This document shows positions 21,843 to 30,000 of a stretch of DNA of 64,000 bases, in pieces (within the stretch, counting starts at the first letter, position 1; the number at the start of each line of letters is the position of its first letter). The position numbers and the translations under genes are program-made. This stretch comes from an uncultured Chloroflexota bacterium (GTDB lineage: Bacteria > Chloroflexota > UBA11872). The stretch covers positions 3,499-67,498 of the forward strand of contig CAYRCL010000034.1 in NCBI GenBank assembly GCA_964422795.1. The letters are read 5' to 3'. Below the pieces are notes generated by a model. That model made no database searches. It was given only the letters and a program-made list of their open reading frames with translations, and had not been told where the DNA came from.

Positions 21843-22685
21843 TTACGCCAACATTTCCCGAAGATGCTCGGAAAGCGCCTCACTCCACGGCCGCATGGTA
21901 ACCCCAATGGCACGTGCTGTTTCGTTCGCAAGTTCAGAATTGGCAGGCACTATGGCGGCTCGTGGAAACTCGTCTGCCGTGATCTCCTCAAGCCCAACAT
22001 CATGCCGCCCTATACCATCAAGAATCGCGGAAGCCCATCCATACCAGCTTGTCGCACCTTCATTTACAAGGTGGTGGACACCAAACCCATCAGTCTGTGC
22101 CAACTCAAGAATCGCAGTTGCTAAATCACGAGCATGCGTGGGGTTCGCAACTTGATTCCCAACATAACTAAGAGGAGCATCCAGAACCGGGAGGTTCAGC
22201 AATCGGCTAACAAAGTTGGTACCCCATCTACTATATAACCAGCTCGTCCGTACGATGAAGAGCCGGTCGACGACTTGTCGAGCTGCCCGCTCGCCCTGCA
22301 ACTTGGTCCATCCATAAGCATTCAGTGGGCACGGATCGTCATATTCCAGGTACGGTCCAAGTTTCAAGCCATCGAAAACATAATTCGTGCCCACATACAC
22401 CATCACCGCCCCAATTCGCGCAGCGGCGCATGCAACATTCCAAGTTCCGACTACGTTTATCTTGTATGCGTCTGCACGATTCTCCTCACACCCATTAACG
22501 TCGGTGGCCGCAGCAGTGTGAACAACCAGTGCAGGTCTAATCTCCGCTATCGTCTGCTCCACAAGCGGACCATCTGTTATGTCTAGCTGGGATCGCGACA
22601 AGGGAACAGCCTGATCTTTATCTAAACATCTCGTTAGCTCAACACCGAGTTGTCCACCCGCACCTGTAATCAATGTCTTACGCAC
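21843..22685 (-). CDS. rfbD: dTDP-4-dehydrorhamnose reductase
   Basis: LITGAGGQLG, AAATDVNGCE, YVFDG, YGWTKLQGE (YxxxK) and RTSWLY. Confidence 0.94.
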   Translation of the reverse strand: MRKTLITGAGGQLGVELTRCLDKDQAVPLSRSQLDITDGPLVEQTIAEIRPALVVHTAAATDVNGCEENRADAYKINVVGTWNVACAAARIGAVMVYVGTNYVFDGLKLGPYLEYDDPCPLNAYGWTKLQGERAARQVVDRLFIVRTSWLYSRWGTNFVSRLLNLPVLDAPLSYVGNQVANPTHARDLATAILELAQTDGFGVHHLVNEGATSWYGWASAILDGIGRHDVGLEEITADEFPRAAIVPANSELANETARAIGVTMRPWSEALSEHLREMLA

Positions 22686-22692
22686 CGCTTAT

Positions 22693-22917
22693 CTATCCCA
22701 AATCCACAGAGTCATCGTCAGCGAACATTAAGACAACAGCAAAGGCAGCAGTCACCAGTACGACAGTGACCAGTCCGGCGTACTGCATAAAACCGAGAGC
22801 ACGACCAATTGAAAAACCCAGCATTAATATAACCAGCACTGCGGACAAGACTAGGAATGCGCTAACGGCGGGATGCCGAAGCGGATTAACGCGAGACTTC
22901 ACACGTCTCCTTACCAC
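22693..22917 (-). CDS. Small two-TM hypothetical membrane protein
   Basis: Basic N-terminus, two hydrophobic helices and an acidic tail; 7 bp upstream of rfbD. Confidence 0.6.
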   Translation of the reverse strand: MVRRRVKSRVNPLRHPAVSAFLVLSAVLVILMLGFSIGRALGFMQYAGLVTVVLVTAAFAVVLMFADDDSVDLG

Positions 22918-23004
22918 AAGCCGAACCCATCACATTCATCTAGGCGCTATGATAGCAAGGCGGCATTCTAGTTTGATGTAGCTACATAAGGCTCTATTTG
23001 GTCC

Positions 23005-24342
23005 ATGTCGCTCAACCTCAGCACATCGCATCGCGTATTCATCTGGACAATTGGATGCCAAATGAATCGTGCAGACAGTGAACGGATCGAGCACGAACTG
23101 CACAACGCGGGGCACGAATCCGCACTAAATCTCTCTGACGCTACTGCCGTTGTAGTAAATGGGTGTGCGGTGCGTGACAACTCCGACCGCAAAGTGTGGG
23201 GCATGCTTGGCATGTTGAAAGGGATCAAGAAAACCAGACCGCAGCTTGTGGTCGGGCTTACCGGATGCACAGTCCATGCGGATGAGAAAGACCTAAAACC
23301 TCACCTAGAACCCGTAGATGTTCTGTTTGACACGTTAAACGCCAAACCTCTACTCGCCACGCTAGCGCGAAGGACCCCAGCCAACCCCCAAACGCACGAC
23401 GATGTTGAAGCACAACCGAGACCTCCTGCTGGATCTGTCAATCGATTCGTCAACATCATCTATGGCTGCGACAAACGTTGCACCTACTGCATCGTGCCTT
23501 TTCGGCGCGGAGCGCAACGTAGCCGTCCACTGATCGAGATCACCGATGAAGTGCGTCGATACCGAGACGAAGGTGCACGCGAGATCACGCTTCTAGGTCA
23601 AATTGTGAACGCCTATGGCTTCGATATGGACGAAACAAGCCTCCCTGACGTACTTGAGGCCGTCGACAAGATAGACAATATAGACAGGATCCGATTCACC
23701 ACAGCTCACCCACGCTACATGAATCGGCATCTGGCTGAAGCAATGCGTGATATCCCAAGTGTCTGTGAAGAAATTAATCTTCCTGTGCAATCTGGTGACG
23801 ACGAAGTCCTAAAACGCATGGCACGTGGATACAACACGGCGTTTTACCGGGATATCATCGACTTACTTCGTTCAACCATCCCTGACGTGGCTATTTCAAC
23901 AGACATCATCGTGGGTTTTTGCGGAGAACAGGAAACGCAATTCGAACACTCACTTAAGCTCGTAAAAGACTTACGCTTTGACCAAGTCCATGTTGCAGCA
24001 TTTTCACCCCGACACGGAACTGTCGCAGCAGGATGGGTTGACGATATCCCCCACGCTGAAAAGCTTCGTCGTCTTCACTCGATCGAGCACACACAAACGG
24101 CTATAGCTGAAGAACTTAATCGACTCTACGTTGGGACAACACACGAAGTCCTCATTGAAGAGCTGACCCAAGGAAAAGGCGAACGAATGGAACCACGCTG
24201 GCGTGGCCGCACTCGGACAAACAAGCTTGTTTTCATCCCACCCAGTGTCCAGACATCGCCGGGCGAGACCCAACATGTCACTATCCTCTCAGCCACACCT
24301 TGGTCACTGCGGGGGACAGCCCACGCGGTTACCACTACTTAA
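23005..24342 (+). CDS. miaB: tRNA-2-methylthio-N6-dimethylallyladenosine synthase MiaB
   Basis: GCQMN, NGCAVR, radical SAM GCDKRCTYC, STDIIVGF and a C-terminal TRAM domain (GRTRTNKLV). Confidence 0.96.
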   Translation: MSLNLSTSHRVFIWTIGCQMNRADSERIEHELHNAGHESALNLSDATAVVVNGCAVRDNSDRKVWGMLGMLKGIKKTRPQLVVGLTGCTVHADEKDLKPHLEPVDVLFDTLNAKPLLATLARRTPANPQTHDDVEAQPRPPAGSVNRFVNIIYGCDKRCTYCIVPFRRGAQRSRPLIEITDEVRRYRDEGAREITLLGQIVNAYGFDMDETSLPDVLEAVDKIDNIDRIRFTTAHPRYMNRHLAEAMRDIPSVCEEINLPVQSGDDEVLKRMARGYNTAFYRDIIDLLRSTIPDVAISTDIIVGFCGEQETQFEHSLKLVKDLRFDQVHVAAFSPRHGTVAAGWVDDIPHAEKLRRLHSIEHTQTAIAEELNRLYVGTTHEVLIEELTQGKGERMEPRWRGRTRTNKLVFIPPSVQTSPGETQHVTILSATPWSLRGTAHAVTTT

Positions 24343-24355
24343 CAGGAGTCGTGTC

Positions 24356-26146
24356 GTAAGCCCAGCTTCCTACGTCTCACGTCGCACAATCCTATGTGCA
24401 ATGGCGATGACTTCGATCTTGCCAGCCTGCGGCGAACCTCCATCAACCGATATCGCACTTGTAGACCGACCGTATTGGGAGCCAGCACTCACTGTTGCGA
24501 CTCGCGCACTGGATGTGATGCGATCACTAGAAATCAGCACTCGAGAGTTAGCACTTGACTCACAAAGTCCTGATCAGTTTGTTGCGGCGATCGAGGCACA
24601 GTTTGACTCAATCAGTGCACTTTCCCAGGAGCTCATCCCTCTAACCCCACCGGCCTCAGCGAGCGAAGCCCATAAACATTTAACCTCTGCTGTCGATGCT
24701 CTTGTAGACGTGATGCCCAACGTGCGCACCTACAACACTTTGGAGAAGGCGGAGCACCTCGTACATGTAATCACGTTAGCGCAGAACGCACGCATTGCCA
24801 TGTTGGAATTCGTAACAGCCATCGGCGATGGTCAAGCAAGTTCAGGTCTGCGAAAGATCATCGAAGATCTCGGAGAAATTCAACTCGACATTCGTCGGGT
24901 GCCCGTGCGCGCGGTTCTCATTGGTAAGTTCGATAGCGAGGCAGAGGCACGAGCACGTGTTGGGACACGCTTGCCCGACATCCACATGTCCACAGTGTAT
25001 CGAGGCTGGGTCGAATCAGGCCGATACAGCTCATCTGACGAGGCCGACGCGGCAGCACACATTTGGCAAGTTGAAGGATTTGAAACACGTATCGAGGATG
25101 TTCTTGATCTCTCATTCGATCTAACCGAGCTTCAACCGATTGCAGCCGGCACGTGGAATGAGCGCTCGTGGATCACGCGTGCAAACTTCAACATTATGGA
25201 TCTCGCTAGCTCAGACGATGGAACCCTCATAGTCACCGCCGCGCGCGGAGGACAGATCGCTGCTTTTGCCCCTAGTGGCCAACCTCTATGGGCACGGGAT
25301 CTCCGCGTACCACTCGCACGCGTTACGGTAGCCGCCAACGGCTCCCTTGTCGCAGCCCATGGTTTTGACTTGATGCTGCTGGACCGTAATGGCGATGCCG
25401 TGTGGCGATCACCCGCACGTCCGGACAATCAGCTACTGGAAGAAGTTTCCTTCGATTATGCGGCTAATTCGATAATTGCTCGATCTACCAACGCTAGTGG
25501 CATTGGACATGTCTTTGCCTTTAACAAGAACGGACAAATTTGGGGGCCGACAAAAGCGTATATCGGCGCGGTCGGCATTGCGATAAATCCATCGACCGGG
25601 ACCGTCGCAGTTGCATCCTCGAAGCTCGGTGAGAACCAAATCGTGCTAATTAGCCCTTCGGGAAATCTCGAGCAGCGTTTTGGAGTAGAAGGTGAGTTAC
25701 TCACTGTCATAGTTACCACGGATGGCGTACACACCATCGCAGTGACAACTACGGGCCTGCAAATATTTGACAGCACCACCGGAGATTCCTTGTGGAGAGT
25801 TGACTACCCCACAAATTCAGCCGCACGTATGCCTTCAAATAACACATTGGTACTAGCCGGATCTAAAGGCGTTGGCGCATTCTCGATTCACGGAACACAG
25901 CTTTGGACGATACCCGGCCTCGCGGCAACCCGCCTCCTCGTCACGAAGGATTACATCATAGTCCAGACAAATGAACGGACTTTTAGAGTGTTTCGGTCTG
26001 ATGGAACACATCTCGGACAAGTAGTCACTTCATCAGCAATCCAAGCTGCCTCCACAGCACAAGCCGAAAACTTGTTGCTGGCAGCAACCGTGGACAAAAG
26101 CATTGAGGCTTGGCAGCTACCAAACGTTAGCCAAGCTGCCGGATAG
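24356..26146 (+). CDS. Putative lipoprotein: helical region, SPOR-like repeats and a PQQ/WD40-like beta-propeller (start uncertain)
   Basis: SRRTIL...LPAC signal; VLIGKFDSEAEA and VESGRYSSSDEA SPOR-like repeats; repeated G..LW propeller motifs. The codon at SD spacing is GTA 24356 (see findings). Confidence 0.7.
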   Translation, partial: VSPASYVSRRTILCAMAMTSILPACGEPPSTDIALVDRPYWEPALTVATRALDVMRSLEISTRELALDSQSPDQFVAAIEAQFDSISALSQELIPLTPPASASEAHKHLTSAVDALVDVMPNVRTYNTLEKAEHLVHVITLAQNARIAMLEFVTAIGDGQASSGLRKIIEDLGEIQLDIRRVPVRAVLIGKFDSEAEARARVGTRLPDIHMSTVYRGWVESGRYSSSDEADAAAHIWQVEGFETRIEDVLDLSFDLTELQPIAAGTWNERSWITRANFNIMDLASSDDGTLIVTAARGGQIAAFAPSGQPLWARDLRVPLARVTVAANGSLVAAHGFDLMLLDRNGDAVWRSPARPDNQLLEEVSFDYAANSIIARSTNASGIGHVFAFNKNGQIWGPTKAYIGAVGIAINPSTGTVAVASSKLGENQIVLISPSGNLEQRFGVEGELLTVIVTTDGVHTIAVTTTGLQIFDSTTGDSLWRVDYPTNSAARMPSNNTLVLAGSKGVGAFSIHGTQLWTIPGLAATRLLVTKDYIIVQTNERTFRVFRSDGTHLGQVVTSSAIQAASTAQAENLLLAATVDKSIEAWQLPNVSQAAG

Positions 26147-26182
26147 CTGATGTGCCGATTACGCCCGTAACGGCGCTAAGCA

Positions 26183-26738
26183 TCAACGACCGGACTCATC
26201 CCCACCGCACATAAGCTCTACCAGTTCGTTCCGCCGTGCGATTCCGGCCTCAAACGCTACCGGAAACTCGACGAACCTGCGGATGGCACGATCCTCTACA
26301 ACTTCCTGCATCTGCGCAAGCACACGAATTCCGGAACTTTCCCCTCAGAGATACCGCGAAGCACACATTTCAATATACGAGATCGACGGACTCATTAACT
26401 CGTTAAGACAATAGCCAGGCCCATCCGTTCAACAAGTCTGATCAACTCAGCATCCTCGATGTTTTCCACAAACGCCAACTCCCGTGATCAAAATCGCAAA
26501 AGATCAGGGTTCGGAAACCTATCAACAAAGATCGAACGAATAGGCTTAGGGTCAACGTTCCACTCGATAAGAGCTCGCTAATTGGTCCGAAGCAACCGAA
26601 GCACCATCCACTGGGAGGAGAATGTTCCATGGATTGACCGGGAACCGATTTGATCCTGAAGCCGGTAAAACTAAGAAGGCCAACCAGCAGTCATCGAAGA
26701 ACAGGCAGATTCACGAGCTATCTGTCCTGATCATTCAT
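26183..26738 (-). pseudogene. Probable degraded gene downstream of the YkgJ-like gene
   Basis: ATG 26738 overlaps the upstream stop. Protein-like segments (MVLRLLRTN*RALIEWNVDPKPIRSIFVDRFPNPDLLRF*SRELAFVENIEDAELIRLVERMG and GIRVLAQMQEVVEDRAIRRFVEF) are broken by stops and frameshifts. Confidence 0.45.
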
Positions 26739-27492
26739 CGTCGTCATATGACCAATAGCCGTCCACAACAGGGAATGGAGATGCAGGATCAATTCTGTGT
26801 GTCACTGTCCGCAACGTACCGTCTGACGCACGGTGTGCCAGAACCCATACGGGGAGCACATTGACCTCATCCAATTGACCAGAATCACGATCAAGAACGG
26901 CGCGGTGATATGGCTGGAAGACGGGAAGCTCCATATCATCGATTCCTACCGGGCCACTCTCCATCTGGAGCAAAATCTTTTCACAGTAATAGCCGGATTC
27001 CTCCGTACGCATCATCCGTCCGTATGCACGACAGATAGACGGCCGAGCCGCATATATTGAACACCGATCACACTCGAGAAATGGACACGGCGTAGATTGA
27101 TTTCGTAGCGCACCGTTAATCGTTCGGAGATATTCGTCAGTCGTGTCATCCATACCTCGGAGTCTCATCCACACGGGAATCGCGCTCTCCGCATCCAACA
27201 GAAGGGCCTCAGCCTTTCCAACAATTGCTCGCTGCGTTTCGACATCGAGGTTTTCAAGAATCCATGCATGTGCAATACGCCACTCATCGAAACCAGCCAA
27301 AACTTGCTGCCGACAACAATCAGAACAGCCGGAAACACATCGCATACACGGAAGATCGTGTTCAACCAGCTCGGCAAGCCGATCAATCAACCCATATATT
27401 TCTTCAGATTGCTGGCAGTCATCTAAATCGGCATAAGCTCGATCGTACGAATCCATCCCATCGTGATGTTTTGAGGACGCGGGGAAGTTCAT
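26731..27492 (-). CDS. YkgJ-family cysteine-cluster (CxxxCxxCC) protein
   Basis: CVSGCSDCC and CPFLECDRCSIYAARPSICRAYG. Confidence 0.85.
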   Translation of the reverse strand: MNFPASSKHHDGMDSYDRAYADLDDCQQSEEIYGLIDRLAELVEHDLPCMRCVSGCSDCCRQQVLAGFDEWRIAHAWILENLDVETQRAIVGKAEALLLDAESAIPVWMRLRGMDDTTDEYLRTINGALRNQSTPCPFLECDRCSIYAARPSICRAYGRMMRTEESGYYCEKILLQMESGPVGIDDMELPVFQPYHRAVLDRDSGQLDEVNVLPVWVLAHRASDGTLRTVTHRIDPASPFPVVDGYWSYDDDE

Positions 27493-27640
27493 AATCTGGA
27501 TTGCTCTCGCTTACCAACCTAAGGCCTCAGTTTATAGGTCAAAAAGACCGCCTCCTCTGCTATATTCTCAGTGCTGGCCCGGCTGCTCGATGCGTCGGGC
27601 CGCTTTTCATCTACAACTCATCACACAAGACCTCACTTTT

Positions 27641-28846
27641 ATGCCCCTAACTGCTTCCGCCCTAACTGAAGACCGCCGCGACCAAGCCCTCGCGTTGGTA
27701 ACAAGAGCCTTCGATGGCAAAACCTCTTATGACTATTTTGAATCACACCAGAGCCTTGACCCGTTGTGGGACGTCTCACAGAGTCTCGTAATCCAAAATG
27801 ATGCTTCGATCATGGCGCACCTCTGGCTCGCAAAACGGACGCTGCGATACGGCCTAGGACGAATCAACGTCGGCTGTATAGCCGATGTCGCAGTTGATCC
27901 AGAGCATCGACGAAAAGGTCACGCCGGTCTACTGCTCGACGAAGCGATTCAACAGATGCAGCTCAACAACCAACCACTGTCGCTACTCTCGGCTGGAACA
28001 CCAGAGGTTTATTCAAGTCGCGGTTGGCATCCCATACCTACATCAAGACTTGAGGCCGAGCTTCCGAGTGGCAACATCGAGTGGTCCGGCGGTCACACTG
28101 TTCGACCCTTCGAACCGGGCGATCTCCTAGAAGTACAGCGAGCCTACGACGAAATATCGGCCGACCGTGTGGGCCCTCTAGATCGATCCGACGCCTATTG
28201 GACTGCTATGCACCGCTGGCTTCAACATCACCAATCTGGAATTGACGTCCACTTTGATGTCCTTCTTCGCGTAGGGAAGGTTGTGGGCTACGCCATTACC
28301 TCCTTATCCGACCAAGCCGTGACAATCCTTGACGGAGGGATTGAGTACGATGACCTCGCACTTCCACTTTTAAGAACATGGCGTGACCGAGCAACTAAAC
28401 GGAATGTAACCCGAATCACTGGTGAGCTTGACCCCGCGTCAAAACTCTTTGATGTTCTGCGAAAGCGCGCAGCCGGACGTATTGAACCAACGACTCACTA
28501 TATGGTGCGCCTCAACTCACTCCGCCTACTCCTCGAAAGTGCTGTCCCAGAGTTCGTCCGTCGTCGCAGACGCGCCGCACCGCTGCCAGGACCAACCTTC
28601 GTCTTGGATGTTGAAGGACAACAGGTGCGCATTGAAACACCCATAGGAAATATTGTGATTGGCGACCCCGTCGGTGACGAACCAGTAATCAATCTGACTA
28701 ATGCTCAGTTTCTTGATCTGTTTCTTGGCCTCACAAGTGGCCATAAAGTCTTAGACGAAATCGCACCGGACCGACATATAGATGTCTACCTTCGACGCCT
28801 ATTCCCAGCATCACCATTTTCCTATTGGTTGGCTGATCGGTTTTAG
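27641..28846 (+). CDS. Eis-like GNAT N-acetyltransferase with an SCP2-like C-terminus
   Basis: IADVAVDPEHRRKGHAG (motif A), YSSRGW and a second GNAT fold; about 400 aa. Confidence 0.85.
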   Translation: MPLTASALTEDRRDQALALVTRAFDGKTSYDYFESHQSLDPLWDVSQSLVIQNDASIMAHLWLAKRTLRYGLGRINVGCIADVAVDPEHRRKGHAGLLLDEAIQQMQLNNQPLSLLSAGTPEVYSSRGWHPIPTSRLEAELPSGNIEWSGGHTVRPFEPGDLLEVQRAYDEISADRVGPLDRSDAYWTAMHRWLQHHQSGIDVHFDVLLRVGKVVGYAITSLSDQAVTILDGGIEYDDLALPLLRTWRDRATKRNVTRITGELDPASKLFDVLRKRAAGRIEPTTHYMVRLNSLRLLLESAVPEFVRRRRRAAPLPGPTFVLDVEGQQVRIETPIGNIVIGDPVGDEPVINLTNAQFLDLFLGLTSGHKVLDEIAPDRHIDVYLRRLFPASPFSYWLADRF

Positions 28847-28998
28847 CGAACCCTCCCAGACAGTTTGTTGCTTCTGTCGCCTTCCAACCAATTTAGACAT
28901 ACGACAACACGCGTCAGCATCCAACTACTGCAAACCATTGGTGATCCCATTACACAACTAGACTGCGGTTGATCGACGGCAGAATCCTCGCCACACCG

Positions 28999-29787
28999 CT
29001 ATTCGACTAACGAGCAGATTAACGCTGCGGTCTCCTCCACAGCAATGTTGTAGTACTGGCGTCCAAGATCAGCCGTCGCAGCCCCTGCATCATCACTAAG
29101 CCCCGTAATCCGCGCGCCAGGAAACGACCCGTACTGGATGTCCGAGACATTTGAACTACGGGGCGGAAGGGCAGGTAGCAGACTCTGCGGATTCCTCGGA
29201 TCATCCCGATCCGCGTCCTTTACCGGAACCAGGTCCGACCGCACTAGTTCGGGAAGGAGATGCAACATTAATGCGGTCTCAAAATCACCGCCATGCCCAG
29301 GAATACTTACAGGACGATCAGCTTCTACAGCTTCAAGCCTCGGTCTAGCAATATCCCAGTAGGCGGCCGCGGCAACCCGAGCATCCGGATTCACCAACAC
29401 AAAGTCACGAGCAACCTGTTGGATAAGGAGAATATTGCCTCCATGGCCATTAAGAATCAGAACCCGACGAAATCCAGACAACGCCAAGCTCTCAACCACC
29501 TCATACAACACCTGGCTAAACGTTCCACTCCTGAGCGATAGCACCCCTGGAAACGGTCGGTGGTGATCAGAACTTCCGAAGTGCAATGGAGGACTCACAA
29601 TCACATCAACTTCGCCTGCCGCCTCAGCAGCACCCTGAGCCACGGCCATACAACACATGGTGTCCAAACCAACTGGGTTGTGCGGGCCGTGCTGCTCAAT
29701 AGCGGCTGTGGGTAATACGGCGACAGCCTGCGCCGCTCGAGCACCGATTTCATCGCGCGTTAGGGTCGCAAGGTCGGTATAAGACAT
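28999..29787 (-). CDS. Creatininase / creatinine amidohydrolase family protein
   Basis: AIEQHGPHNPVGLD, GSSDHH, ILNGHGGN and HGGDFET. Confidence 0.9.
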   Translation of the reverse strand: MSYTDLATLTRDEIGARAAQAVAVLPTAAIEQHGPHNPVGLDTMCCMAVAQGAAEAAGEVDVIVSPPLHFGSSDHHRPFPGVLSLRSGTFSQVLYEVVESLALSGFRRVLILNGHGGNILLIQQVARDFVLVNPDARVAAAAYWDIARPRLEAVEADRPVSIPGHGGDFETALMLHLLPELVRSDLVPVKDADRDDPRNPQSLLPALPPRSSNVSDIQYGSFPGARITGLSDDAGAATADLGRQYYNIAVEETAALICSLVE

Positions 29788-30000
29788 CGGTTTCATCCTC
29801 AATAGCTAAGCGTCCCAAAAATCCTGCCGCCTAATGCGAGCATGAGCAAGATTTCGTCAAGAATTTTCTCTGCACCGGACCTCACTAAGTCCAAATACAC
29901 ATTGACATAGCAACTGATTAGATACTTGCGCGACCCCTGGCTCCGGATGCGAAGCGGCCGTGTGAACCCCGCTGCTCCCACATATCAACACCAAAGAAAG

